Assembly: GCA_964559345.1 (NCBI GenBank)
Contig: CAZLIE010000001.1
Location: 11,013-75,012, forward strand
Direction: 5' to 3'
From: an uncultured Terriglobales bacterium
Lineage (GTDB): Bacteria > Acidobacteriota > Terriglobia > Terriglobales > Acidobacteriaceae
Length of the DNA stretch: 64,000 nucleotides
The notes below the pieces were generated by a model, which saw nothing but the letters and a program-made list of their open reading frames with translations, did not search any database and was not told the DNA's origin. Of this stretch, positions 53,575 to 63,122 are shown one piece after another (position 1 is the stretch's first letter; every line of letters begins with the position of its first letter). Both the position numbers and the translations under genes were made by a program.

Positions 53575-53792
53575 CGGGTGGCGATTTCATTAGACGCCTA
53601 CCTTGCAGAAACGGAACATGTGCGCGTCCCCGATTTGATGCGCCGGCATCTTGCAACAGGCTCATCTCGAACATAACCCGCAATTGGCGCCGTGATGGTA
53701 AGGCGTGTCTGAGATTGCTGTAAAGAGGTTGTAAATGCGATCGGATTGCTGGCGGCTCAATCGGCACGAGGTGCTCGTGTCCCGATAAAAAG

Positions 53793-54701
53793 CTAGCGCG
53801 CGAATGCGGGTTGGATTGGAGCTATGCCGGTTATCTCGGCGGGGCGGCCTTCGCTATCGACTGAGGCTTCTTCCCAGAGCGAACGATCTTTTAGCAGGCG
53901 GGACACTAGTGCTGTGTGCATGGCGTGTCCGGCGCGATTGGCTACCACTTTTCCCAGAATGCGATGGCCCAGCAGCGCGAGGTCTCCGATGAGGTCGAGG
54001 ATTTTGTGTCTTACGAACTCGTCGTCGAAACGGAGTGAGCCGTTCGTGACTCCGGCGTCGGTCAGCACGATTGCATTTTCTTCGGACGCGCCGCGGATCA
54101 GTCCCATGTCGCGCAGCGCGCGCTCGTCGCGGAGAAAGCCGAAGGTGCGAGCCGGGGCTATTTCCTGCTGGTAGGCGTCGCCGGTGAGGTCGAGCTCGAA
54201 GCTTTGCAGCCCGATCGGACGCGGAAAGTCGATGGTGTATGAGATGGAATATTGGTCGGCGGGATAGACGCCGAGAAACTTGTCGCCGTCGCGTATCTCG
54301 ACGCCCTTGATGATCCGCCAGTACACGCGATGGCGGCGCTGACGCTTGATTCCCACGCGGCGAATCTCGTCGAGAAAGGGCTTAGCGCTGCCGTCGAGGA
54401 TCGGCAACTCGAGCTGGTCGAGTTCGAGGATGGCATTGTCGATGCCTGCGCCGATCAATGCTGAGAGCGCGTGCTCGGTGGTGGAGATCAGGACACCGCG
54501 CTTCATCAGGCTGGTGGCATAACTCACCTTGGCAACGTTGCGGCCGACCGCTTCGATGCCGAAGCCGTCGAGGTCCACTCGCCGGAAGCTTACGCCTGCG
54601 CCCGCTGGCGCCGGCAATATCCGCAGGTTGACGGCCGCTCCGCTATGGAGCCCCACCCCGCTGAAGCTGATGGCGTCCCGAATTGTTTGTTCTTGAATCA
54701 A
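53793..54701 (-). CDS. lpxC: UDP-3-O-acyl-N-acetylglucosamine deacetylase
   Basis: QTIRDAISFSGVGLHSG, TTEHALSAL, and HKILDLIGDLALLG...GHAMH are canonical LpxC. Confidence 0.93.
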   Translation of the reverse strand: MIQEQTIRDAISFSGVGLHSGAAVNLRILPAPAGAGVSFRRVDLDGFGIEAVGRNVAKVSYATSLMKRGVLISTTEHALSALIGAGIDNAILELDQLELPILDGSAKPFLDEIRRVGIKRQRRHRVYWRIIKGVEIRDGDKFLGVYPADQYSISYTIDFPRPIGLQSFELDLTGDAYQQEIAPARTFGFLRDERALRDMGLIRGASEENAIVLTDAGVTNGSLRFDDEFVRHKILDLIGDLALLGHRILGKVVANRAGHAMHTALVSRLLKDRSLWEEASVDSEGRPAEITGIAPIQPAFAR

Positions 54702-54814
54702 CCGGATTGTAAGAAGGTGCTGCTTCTTACAATACGTCGAGCCGGAGAACTAAGACTGTGGCAAATTGTGCACAGGTGCTGGCTCGAAAGCCGCACACCT
54801 GGCGGCGCAAACAG

Positions 54815-55636
54815 CTATTTCTTCTTGGAGATAGACGTTGGTGGGATGAAAAAACTGTCCTGCAGTCCCTGGTTGTATGTGACCTTCGACAGGAACCGCT
54901 GGGCGGTCATGTCGTCGTTCTTTACGCGTGTGATCACGTAGGGCGTCTGAATACCTTGGGTCACACGGTATTCCGAATAGATCTCCGAATAGGTGTTCTT
55001 GTCCTTGTAAACAGGATCGCGCACAGTGAAACTCTTGCGGATGGGCAGGTGGCTGAATTCTTCAATTGCGATGGTCACCTGCTGATCATTGGAGTTGGCG
55101 ATGGTGACGTTCTCCACCTGATGGTTGTCGGTGAATCCAGTGCCATCGTAGAACAGCGCGGTACCGGGCGCATTGAGCCAGTCGCGCATCACATGATCGA
55201 GCGAGTATTGCTCCCGCAGCACGTACTCCTTGTGCGCGTCTTCGTCTTCTGGCTTGGTGCCATGGAAGGTGGTCTCGGTGCCCTGGTCTCCGTTGTGGAT
55301 CACGATCCAATCGCGCGCCTTGGTGAGCTCGACGCGGTCCTTGTCGGGATATTTGTAGAAGCGCCAAAACGGAGCTGAGCCGCCGGTTGGCTTCCCGTGA
55401 TAGAAGCCGTTGGTTCGGCCCTCCTGCTCGACGTCGGCGTAGCGCAGATATGCATCTCCGCCCAGCGCCTGGATCATTTGCGTGATGAGCGCACGCGCCT
55501 TGATCACGCCTGGATCGCTGGCGGAACCCGCCGGCGCTGAGGCGGAAGACTGCGTAGAAGCGTCCGGTGGCGCTGCGCTCGAAGTCTGCGCGCAGGCGAA
55601 GAATGCGATGAGAGTGATCAGTAGAAAAGATTTCAT
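54815..55636 (-). CDS. Hypothetical secreted protein (possibly LolA-like fold)
   Basis: Signal peptide MKSFLLITLIAFFACAQTSSA when started at 55636. The 147-codon upstream extension overlaps the divergent DUF971 gene and looks non-coding. Confidence 0.55.
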   Translation of the reverse strand: MKSFLLITLIAFFACAQTSSAAPPDASTQSSASAPAGSASDPGVIKARALITQMIQALGGDAYLRYADVEQEGRTNGFYHGKPTGGSAPFWRFYKYPDKDRVELTKARDWIVIHNGDQGTETTFHGTKPEDEDAHKEYVLREQYSLDHVMRDWLNAPGTALFYDGTGFTDNHQVENVTIANSNDQQVTIAIEEFSHLPIRKSFTVRDPVYKDKNTYSEIYSEYRVTQGIQTPYVITRVKNDDMTAQRFLSKVTYNQGLQDSFFIPPTSISKKK

Positions 55637-55786
55637 CTTCTTCAGCAATGTTAACTCGCAGATTAACTTTCGAGCGACCCGCTCTCCCGCTCCGCGTGTC
55701 ATACTCTCTTGGATATGGGACACGAGGCGATCAAGACCGGGTCGAGCGAGGAGATCGCGCGCGTTCAGGCTGACGAGCGCCGAACT

Positions 55787-56155
55787 ATGCCGCCCGAAGC
55801 TACCGATCCCAAATCGGTGAAGGTGAACAAGAGCACAGGCCAGGGCATGGACATCGCGTGGAAGGATGGCCACGAGAGCCACTACACATTTGCGTGGCTG
55901 CGCGATGCGTGTCCTTGCGCGACCTGCAACGAGGAGCGGGAAGGAAGCGGGCGCAAGATCGGCCAGGCTCTTGCGATGAAGCCGGGAGCTCTTCCCATTT
56001 ACAAAGATCCGGCGCGTCCGGTGGAGATCACGCCAGTCGGGCGATACGCGATTTCGTTCCATTGGAATGATGGCCATTCCACCGGCATCTATTCCTGGGA
56101 TTTTCTGCGCCGGGAGTGCCCGTGCGTTCTGTGCAGCTCTTCTCGGACAAGTTGA
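55787..56155 (+). CDS. DUF971 (gamma-butyrobetaine hydroxylase-like N-terminal) domain protein
   Basis: DIAWKDGHESHYTFAWLRDACPCATC ... ISFHWNDGHSTGIYSWDFLRRECPC is the duplicated DUF971 pattern. The start is chosen at MPPEATDP. Confidence 0.7.
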   Translation: MPPEATDPKSVKVNKSTGQGMDIAWKDGHESHYTFAWLRDACPCATCNEEREGSGRKIGQALAMKPGALPIYKDPARPVEITPVGRYAISFHWNDGHSTGIYSWDFLRRECPCVLCSSSRTS

Positions 56156-56294
56156 GAGTGTTTGCTTGCACTGCGCCTAATGCAATCGAGAGCTGCAACG
56201 GACAAGTCCGGCAAACTCTCAGGGCCGCGTGGCATCTCTAAGGTTTGTGGTCGGTGGCATTGGATCGAACCGAAAAATTTAGTTGGAGGATTGC

Positions 56295-56546
56295 ATGAAG
56301 GGCTTTCTCGTTGGACTTGGTATCGGAGTGGGACTGGGTGTGCTGTTTGCGCCCATGAGCGGTGAAGAGACCCGCAACAACCTGGTGGATCGCGCGAGCG
56401 ATCTCTCAGATAGCGCTCGTGAACTGGTGGATCAGGGCAAGGACCGCGTGCGTTCGGGAATCAGCGCCGTTCGCGACCAGGCCGAAAACGTCATCGGTCA
56501 GGTGCGTGGTGGGCGGCAGGCAACTGGAACTGAAGGCAACGTCTAA
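56295..56546 (+). CDS. YtxH domain-containing protein
   Basis: GGAGGA 4 nt before the ATG. MKGFLVGLGIGVGLGVLFAPMSGEETR is the YtxH signature. Confidence 0.75.
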   Translation: MKGFLVGLGIGVGLGVLFAPMSGEETRNNLVDRASDLSDSARELVDQGKDRVRSGISAVRDQAENVIGQVRGGRQATGTEGNV

Positions 56547-56626
56547 AACCTCTCAAGCGTCGAAGAGCGACAAGGCGGCTAACCGGCCGCCTTTTGCTTT
56601 TGGTGGACCAGGTGTTTTCGTAACCC

Positions 56627-56893
56627 TCAGCGGCAGACAATTCGCAAGAACTCTGACGTTCCGAACTCACCCCACTCGCGGTCTCGCTGCTGCTCACGCG
56701 CCGAGAGCGAATCGCAATACGCACTCACACTGTCGCTGACGATCCGCAGTTGCCGTTCACGCCTGTTCTCCTCAATCAGCTTCTCTACTGCCGCAGATAT
56801 GGAATCGAGGTGGGCCTCACTCTTGATCTGTTCCAAATAAGAAAGCGATTGTTTGCTTAAAGTGAAGCTCTTACGTTGTTTGCCACTTGTCAC
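56627..56893 (-). CDS. Hypothetical small protein, possible ribbon-helix-helix (antitoxin-like) fold
   Basis: GTG start with GGAGGT 5 nt upstream. The N-terminal RKSFTLSKQSLSYLEQIK (beta strand, then helix) is RHH-like. No partner gene is adjacent. Confidence 0.5.
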   Translation of the reverse strand: MTSGKQRKSFTLSKQSLSYLEQIKSEAHLDSISAAVEKLIEENRRERQLRIVSDSVSAYCDSLSAREQQRDREWGEFGTSEFLRIVCR

Positions 56894-57072
56894 AGCGAAC
56901 CTCCGACTGCCACGCTAGTACAGCGGGCCAAAGAGTCCCTGTTCGGGGCTGCTTTTCTTGACACCCTAGCTCACTGCTCCGTATTCTTAAAGTTCGCCCT
57001 GCAGCGGTATTCTGTCCAGTGGGTCCTTCGTCGATCCGGCGACACATAAGACTATAGCCGGGGTGTTTGCCG

Positions 57073-57621
57073 ATGTTCATCAGTATTCAAGAACTAGAAG
57101 TTAGGAAAGTTGAGTTTTCTCAGCAACTTGCCCCGGGAACGCTCGATTTAGGAACAGAGCTGCGGCAATCCGGTCCGCTAAAGACTACCGGCAGAGCGGA
57201 ACTGCTGGAAGAGAACCGGGGCGGCCAGAACCGCGTTGAGGACATTCGCGTTCTGGGCGACTTCGGGACGCAGGTTGAGGTCCGCTGCGCACGTTGTCTG
57301 GAGCCGGTGCTGAAGAACGTCAGCGGCGATTTCGACCTGCTCTATCGTCCTCTGGGTGTCGATGCTGGACGCGATGAGTCGTCGATATCCGAAGCCGAGA
57401 CGGAAATTGGGTACTACTCGGGCGAGGGGATCGAGCTCGACGACGTTTTGCGCGAGCAAATTCTTCTGGCGCTTCCTCTCAGGATGATATGCCGCGACGA
57501 TTGCCGAGGGCTCTGCGCGTCATGCGGTCAGGACTTGAATGACGGTCCATGTGGATGCGGGGAGCATCCGCCCGATCCGCGATGGGCGGCGCTGGCCGAT
57601 CTGAAAGACAAGTTGAAATAG
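57073..57621 (+). CDS. yceD: YceD/DUF177 family protein (large-subunit rRNA accumulation)
   Basis: Conserved position upstream of rpmF. C-terminal Cys cluster CRDDCRGLCASCGQDLNDGPCGC. Confidence 0.85.
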   Translation: MFISIQELEVRKVEFSQQLAPGTLDLGTELRQSGPLKTTGRAELLEENRGGQNRVEDIRVLGDFGTQVEVRCARCLEPVLKNVSGDFDLLYRPLGVDAGRDESSISEAETEIGYYSGEGIELDDVLREQILLALPLRMICRDDCRGLCASCGQDLNDGPCGCGEHPPDPRWAALADLKDKLK

Positions 57622-57654
57622 ATTTTGCGCGCTTCGCGCACGTAAGGAATCATC

Positions 57655-57840
57655 ATGCCTAATCCAAAACGCCGGCATTCCAAGGCTCGTACTGGACGCC
57701 GCCGCGCTCACGACTTTCTCACTCCGAACTCACTCTCGGAGTGTCCGAACTGCCACGAAAAGAAGATGCCCCACCGCGCCTGCGCGAAGTGTGGTCACTA
57801 TAAAGGTCGTGAGGTTCTCGACACCGAAAAGGCCGGATAA
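57655..57840 (+). CDS. rpmF: 50S ribosomal protein L32
   Basis: MPNPKRRHSKARTGRRRAHD...CPNCHEKKMPHRACAKCGHYKGREV. Confidence 0.95.
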   Translation: MPNPKRRHSKARTGRRRAHDFLTPNSLSECPNCHEKKMPHRACAKCGHYKGREVLDTEKAG

Positions 57841-57861
57841 GCTAATATCCCCTTTCAACGG

Positions 57862-58929
57862 ATGCCAACCGTAATCGCAGTCGATGCGATGGGTTCTGAC
57901 CGCGCCCCTAGGCCCGAGGTGGAAGGGGCGATCCTCGCGTGTCGCCATCATCACGTCCGCGTACTGCTCGTTGGGCGCGAACCCGAACTTCGCGAAGAAC
58001 TCCAACGCGAATTCGACAAACATCCCACGGCTCGTAATCTGCCGATCGACATCGTTCACGCGACTGAAGTGATCGGGATGGGCGAGAAGGCCGCGCACGC
58101 CGTCCGCAGCAAGCGCGACTCCACGATGCGTGTTGGACTTCGCCTTGTCCGCGAGGGCCGGGCTGCGGGATTCGTGACTGCCGGCAACACCGGCGCCGCG
58201 ATGGCGACGGCGAAGATGGTGCTAGGCGGGTTACCTGGCGTCGATCGTCCGGCGCTTGCGGCCGTGTTCCCCACGTCCGCGGGGACCGCCGCGGTGCTCG
58301 TCGATGTCGGCGCCAACGTCGATTGCAAGCCGCAACATCTCGAACAATTCGCCGTCATGGGCGAGATCTACTCGCGCAGCATCTTTGGAACTCAGAGACC
58401 GCGAGTCGGACTGCTTTCGATTGGTGAAGAAGAAGGCAAAGGCAACGAACTCACGCGCGAAGCCTACACACTGCTGAAGCAGCTTCCGCTCAACTTCGTT
58501 GGGAACGTCGAAGGACGCGATCTCTACAACGGCGAGATCGATGTAATCGTCTGCGATGGCTTCGTGGGCAATGTCGCGCTGAAGGTTTCCGAAGGACTGG
58601 TCACCACCGTCCGTTATCTGCTGAAGGAATCGTTGAAGTCCACGATCAGCTCGCAGGTAGGCTTCTTGCTTTCGCGACGGGCTTTTGAAGATTTCAAGAA
58701 GCGTCTCGATTACGCTGAGTACGGCGGCGCACCTCTGCTGGGACTAAAGGGCGTGTGCATCGTTGGACACGGATCGTCGAATTCAAACGCGATCAAGAAT
58801 GCAATCCGCGTGGCCGCGCAGTTTGCAGAGACGCGCATCAACGACAAGATCGAGAAGGGCGTGTCACAACGTCCACGGCGGCATGCCCCACACAGTGACA
58901 GTGTCGGCGCGGGAACAGCGCCAGTCTAG
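57862..58929 (+). CDS. plsX: Phosphate acyltransferase PlsX
   Basis: [16 protein letters not shown], and [15 protein letters not shown] are canonical PlsX. Conserved rpmF-plsX order. Confidence 0.93.
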   Translation: MPTVIAVDAMGSDRAPRPEVEGAILACRHHHVRVLLVGREPELREELQREFDKHPTARNLPIDIVHATEVIGMGEKAAHAVRSKRDSTMRVGLRLVREGRAAGFVTAGNTGAAMATAKMVLGGLPGVDRPALAAVFPTSAGTAAVLVDVGANVDCKPQHLEQFAVMGEIYSRSIFGTQRPRVGLLSIGEEEGKGNELTREAYTLLKQLPLNFVGNVEGRDLYNGEIDVIVCDGFVGNVALKVSEGLVTTVRYLLKESLKSTISSQVGFLLSRRAFEDFKKRLDYAEYGGAPLLGLKGVCIVGHGSSNSNAIKNAIRVAAQFAETRINDKIEKGVSQRPRRHAPHSDSVGAGTAPV

Positions 58930-58948
58930 TTCGACAATTCCGAATCCG

Positions 58949-59191
58949 CTACGCCGCTTTGTCCTTCTTCTTCTTCTCTTCTGAGTGCACGATTATCTCT
59001 TCGCCCGACGGTTCTCCCCAATCGATTGATGCTTTGGGTGGGATGGCCTCGTCCTGAGCCCTGGGCGGCAGAAGGTCTGGGTGGGGCTCTCCGTCAGGAT
59101 GCAAATCATCGCTTGGAACGCCGTAGGGAATGTCGTCCATTACACCGTCGGAGATAAAGCGGTTCAGCTCAGATTTTCGCTGGTGTGTCAT
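58949..59191 (-). CDS. Hypothetical small acidic protein (80 aa)
   Basis: ATG at 59191 with AAGGAG 5 nt upstream. D/E/P-rich with a KKKKDK tail. No family recognised. Confidence 0.5.
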   Translation of the reverse strand: MTHQRKSELNRFISDGVMDDIPYGVPSDDLHPDGEPHPDLLPPRAQDEAIPPKASIDWGEPSGEEIIVHSEEKKKKDKAA

Positions 59192-59255
59192 GGATTCTCC
59201 TTCACAGGAGATGGCCATGCGCAGCGTGGAGGTTGTAAAAATGGAGCCGGCCGAT

Positions 59256-60329
59256 CTAGAGATCGGAGCTGTCGCCTGCGGCAGCCTTCAGAACGGCGAG
59301 TTCGCCGAATTCTTCCGCTTTGATTGCCGACTGCTCAACGATTGTTGGCTGCTCAGCGCCGGCGGCCAGCTTCGCGAGCACAACCTCAGAGTTGAGCAAT
59401 GTGCGCCCGAGCGAACCGTTGTAGCCGGTCCACTCCGCCGCGGGATCACGCTCGAAATGCGCGCGCATGCTTTCCATCTTGGAATCTAGATCGTCGAGAT
59501 AGTGCAGCATGAGGGCTTCGGGGAACATCGGGAGCTTGGGTGAGCCGAACTCATATTTCCCATGATGGCTGATGATCAAATGCTCGATCAGCGTTTTGAG
59601 CTCGCCTGGAAATCCTGGGACGAGAGCGATCTTCTCGTGCAGCATTTCGAGTTCGATGATCATGTGCCCGAGCAACTGGCCTTTGGTCGTGTAGGAAAAA
59701 GAGCGCTGGTAATTCAGCTCGTGAATCTTGCCAACGTCGTGCAGGAACGCGCCGGTAAGCAGCAGATCGCGATTGATGTGCGGATACAGCGGCGCAACCG
59801 TGTCGCAGAGCTTCATCAGTGAGACCACATGCTCGAGCAATCCGCCGATGAAAGCGTGATGAAGTGACTTCGCCGCGGGAGCAAGCTTGTAGGCCTCGGC
59901 AATTTGCGGGTCACCCATAACGGCTTCGAGAAGGCTCTTCAGATATGAATTCTGAAGACTTTCCACATAGCCCGCGACCGCGCGCCACATCCCATCGACG
60001 TCTTTGTTCGTCTTCGGGAGATAGTCGCAGTACTCGACTTCGGAGTCGTCCATCCGGCGCAGCTTGTGGATTGTGAGCTGGAAGCGGTTCGAATACTTGT
60101 TGATGAGGCCGCGAATCTTTACGAAATCGTCTTGCTCGAAGACGTCGATCGCATCAGAGACGTTGTCCCACATCTTGGCATCGATCTGTCCGCTGCGGTC
60201 GCACAGCGTGAGCGCGAGGTAAACGTCGCCGGTCTTCTTCGGCTTGACCTGTTTTGAGGAAACCAAAAAAGAGGAGGTGATGACCTGGTTCTCATTTGCC
60301 GCTGCGTCGTTGATGAAGAACTGCTTCAT
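59256..60329 (-). CDS. OB-fold + HD-domain protein, 3'-5' exoribonuclease YhaM-like
   Basis: N-terminal OB-fold-like segment (YLALTLCDRSGQIDAKMW). HD domain HHAFIGGLLEHV...LHDVGK...HH. Confidence 0.75.
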   Translation of the reverse strand: MKQFFINDAAANENQVITSSFLVSSKQVKPKKTGDVYLALTLCDRSGQIDAKMWDNVSDAIDVFEQDDFVKIRGLINKYSNRFQLTIHKLRRMDDSEVEYCDYLPKTNKDVDGMWRAVAGYVESLQNSYLKSLLEAVMGDPQIAEAYKLAPAAKSLHHAFIGGLLEHVVSLMKLCDTVAPLYPHINRDLLLTGAFLHDVGKIHELNYQRSFSYTTKGQLLGHMIIELEMLHEKIALVPGFPGELKTLIEHLIISHHGKYEFGSPKLPMFPEALMLHYLDDLDSKMESMRAHFERDPAAEWTGYNGSLGRTLLNSEVVLAKLAAGAEQPTIVEQSAIKAEEFGELAVLKAAAGDSSDL

Positions 60330-60591
60330 GGCCCACCCGGAAAGGCGATTCTACTTTGATTCGGGTTCAAGGCTGAAGTGGAAAATAGGGACAAAACGCT
60401 TTTTAGGAGTCCGGGAAATACTCTTTCCAGCGGCTAAAGTCGGATTTCTGGTGCGGCTCAAGCGGCACCAGTGAACTCGTGCCTGACACGAGTCTTGCCT
60501 CGCTACGCTCGGCATCATCTCAATCAGATAGTGGACAACGCTATCAACCTATTTGCGAGTCATCCGAGTCGAGCAATGTTGCGAGTCTCGG

Positions 60592-61701
60592 CTAGAGAAT
60601 TCCGAGTTTCTTTTTCTTTTTTGCTTTCTTCGCTGGGCCAGTGTCGGACGCGGCGGTGTAGATCGGTTTCGTCTCGTTTGGACTGGCGCCAGTATCGGTG
60701 TAGCCCGGCTTGATGTCGATGTATGCCTCTTCGCGAAGCTTCGTGAGGTAAGTGCGCAACGCGGGCTGCAGCTTTTGATAGTAGAGTGCGTCCTGAATTC
60801 GGTTTTCCACCTGCTTCATGGGAGCGAGTCCCGCCTGCGTGTGCTCGTTCACCTTCAGGATTACGAAGCCCTGTTTCGTGCGAATCACGTCAGAGACGGC
60901 CCCCGGCTTCATCCCGAACGTCAGATCTTCGAGCTCTTTCGCCAGCGTCCCGCGCTTGAATGCGCCGAGTTCGCCGCCCTGTTCGGCGGTGGGACCATCC
61001 GATGATTTCTTCGCGACTTCGTCAAACTTGCTGCCAGCCTTGATGGCCGCGAGCAACTGCTTGGCCTTTTCCTCGGCGGCGGCAACTTTCGCGGGATCCT
61101 CAGGCGGCGCCGGAGCATTTGGATCAACGCTTACATTGGCCGCTCCGGTTGAAATCAAAATCTCTGAAAGATCGACTGCCTCCGGCTGCTCAAAATCCTT
61201 CTTGTGCTGATCGTAAAACTGCTGGATATCCGCCTGCGTAATCTGGATCCTCGGCGCCACTTCGTGGCTAATCACTTGCTGCGTGATGATCTGGTTCCGC
61301 ATCTCCTGCTTGAAGTCTTCAAATGAGACACCCTGCTTCTGCGCTTCCTTCTCGAGATCGTCCATGCTCTCCAGCTTCAGTTGCTTGCGGAGATCGTCGA
61401 GCCGCTTCACGACTTCGGTGTCGCCCGTGATTCCGAGGTCCTTCCCTTTTTCGATGAGCAGTTGCTGATCGATCAAATCGCGCAGAACATCCTTATCTTT
61501 TTCCTTCACGCGAGGATCGGTTTCCGCGATGTTCTGCTGCTTGAGCTCCTGCTGTAGCTGGTCCTTGCTCTTCTGGAATTCAGAGCGCGTGATGATGAGA
61601 TCGTTGACTCGGGCGATGATCTCCTCGACGACGGTGTCGGCGGAGAGCGATAAGCACAGCGCAAACACAGCAAAAAAGGTGACCAGGTACTTGGGTTTCA
61701 T
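60592..61701 (-). CDS. SurA-like periplasmic peptidyl-prolyl isomerase (parvulin/PpiC domain)
   Basis: Signal peptide. SurA_N-like region (IIARVNDLIITRSEF). Rotamase domain (GGELGAFKRGTLAKELED..F.MKPGAVSDVIRTKQGFVILKV). Confidence 0.85.
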   Translation of the reverse strand: MKPKYLVTFFAVFALCLSLSADTVVEEIIARVNDLIITRSEFQKSKDQLQQELKQQNIAETDPRVKEKDKDVLRDLIDQQLLIEKGKDLGITGDTEVVKRLDDLRKQLKLESMDDLEKEAQKQGVSFEDFKQEMRNQIITQQVISHEVAPRIQITQADIQQFYDQHKKDFEQPEAVDLSEILISTGAANVSVDPNAPAPPEDPAKVAAAEEKAKQLLAAIKAGSKFDEVAKKSSDGPTAEQGGELGAFKRGTLAKELEDLTFGMKPGAVSDVIRTKQGFVILKVNEHTQAGLAPMKQVENRIQDALYYQKLQPALRTYLTKLREEAYIDIKPGYTDTGASPNETKPIYTAASDTGPAKKAKKKKKLGIL

Positions 61702-61733
61702 AAGTTGGCGGATGCTGTAATTCTACAGCTTTC

Positions 61734-62150
61734 ATGCGCAACGATGCCGGATTCACGGCAGAAACTACTCTGGTCTATGATAAGGTAGCCGTGCCCGCTC
61801 CCACACAAAAAGACTCAGGATTCCGCCCGGAACGCCACAAACCCAATCGTCGCGCCTTCCCGCGCTGGGCGACCCAGATCGAAGTCCGGCTCAGTTGGGC
61901 TGCCGAATCCGTGCTGGTTCAGGCTTTCGATATCAGCGAGGGCGGCCTGAAGATTGCCTGCGACAAGCCTCTGCCTCTCCAGACTGAGATCGAGGTCGCT
62001 TACCGTCTGCGGACAGACCGCTCATGGGTCAGGGTAAAAGGCGTAGTTCGGCACGCCGAGGGAGATCGTGTGGGAATTGAATTCCTGAATCTCACCATGA
62101 AAGATCGGCTGGCGCTGGTGGAGTTCTGCGAAAAAGTAAAAAACTGCTGA
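61734..62150 (+). CDS. PilZ domain protein
   Basis: RRAFPR (RxxxR) followed 24 residues later by DISEGG (DxSxxG), the c-di-GMP binding signature. Confidence 0.75.
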   Translation: MRNDAGFTAETTLVYDKVAVPAPTQKDSGFRPERHKPNRRAFPRWATQIEVRLSWAAESVLVQAFDISEGGLKIACDKPLPLQTEIEVAYRLRTDRSWVRVKGVVRHAEGDRVGIEFLNLTMKDRLALVEFCEKVKNC

Positions 62151-62174
62151 TTGCCCGCCTTGCAACGAGAAAAC

Positions 62175-62993
62175 CTATGCCATCGCGGCCATTTGATGCG
62201 CCATACGCATCAGGCAGACAACCGTCAGGTCATTCGGTTCAGTGCTGGATTTGAATCCGGGGATATGAAACTGCGGCCCGAACGACGACGGCTGCTCCGA
62301 GAACTTCACGGCGCGTTCCAGCACCTCATGACAGAGGTCCTGCGCAGAATGAAAGCTGCGTGATTCGAGCAACTCGCGCACTCTCTCAATGCCGAATTCC
62401 TGTTTGCCGGCGGTGATCTCGACCAATCCTTTCGAGACCAGCACGACCGAGGCGCCGGGCTGCACCACAGAAACCTGCGCATCGTGAGTCGAATGGGAGA
62501 AGAGCCCGAGTGGCAGACCCGAGGGGTCGAGCTGCGCCAATCCTTGCGCGTCCTTTACGAATGCGGGCGTGTGACCGGCGCTGACATAATGCATGAGCCC
62601 GAACTGCTCATCGAGACATCCCAGAAACGCGGGAGCCGGACGGACACCGCCGGCCACTGACATCACCGTACGATTCAGCTCAATCGTGAGCGCAGTAACA
62701 CCTTCGGCCACATTGCCTTCGGGATCCGACAACAATTCCGGAGCTCGCTCGCGCATCATGTCCTGCACGGAGGCAGCGATGTTCAGCGCTTCATCCCGAC
62801 GCCCCGCAATGTCTGCCAGAAGGAAGAGCATGCGGGTGTCGCTCAGGGATAGAAATTCGTAGAAATCCCCGCCAATTCGCGATCCCTTGTACAACGCGGA
62901 GACGGTTAGCTCGGCGTCGCTGGGCAGAACCGAAGGCCTTGGGATGCGCAAATCGCGCTTAGGTGCCTCGCGTTCGAAGAATCGTTTCATCAC
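62175..62993 (-). CDS. SpoIIE/PP2C-family phosphatase domain protein (stand-alone)
   Basis: GGDFYEF, LADIAGRR and EPNDLTVVCL correspond to PP2C/SpoIIE motifs. The usual (S/T)DG motif reads SKG here. Confidence 0.7.
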   Translation of the reverse strand: MMKRFFEREAPKRDLRIPRPSVLPSDAELTVSALYKGSRIGGDFYEFLSLSDTRMLFLLADIAGRRDEALNIAASVQDMMRERAPELLSDPEGNVAEGVTALTIELNRTVMSVAGGVRPAPAFLGCLDEQFGLMHYVSAGHTPAFVKDAQGLAQLDPSGLPLGLFSHSTHDAQVSVVQPGASVVLVSKGLVEITAGKQEFGIERVRELLESRSFHSAQDLCHEVLERAVKFSEQPSSFGPQFHIPGFKSSTEPNDLTVVCLMRMAHQMAAMA

Positions 62994-63122
62994 AGTTCAG
63001 ACCGGCGGGAATGCGCAAGAACATACCACAACTACTGCTGAAGACAAGCGCTTTGAGTCGCCAGAGCAGACGATACAATGCAAGTCTAAATGTCCGCGCC
63101 GTCCAGCTACCTGATCCACTGA

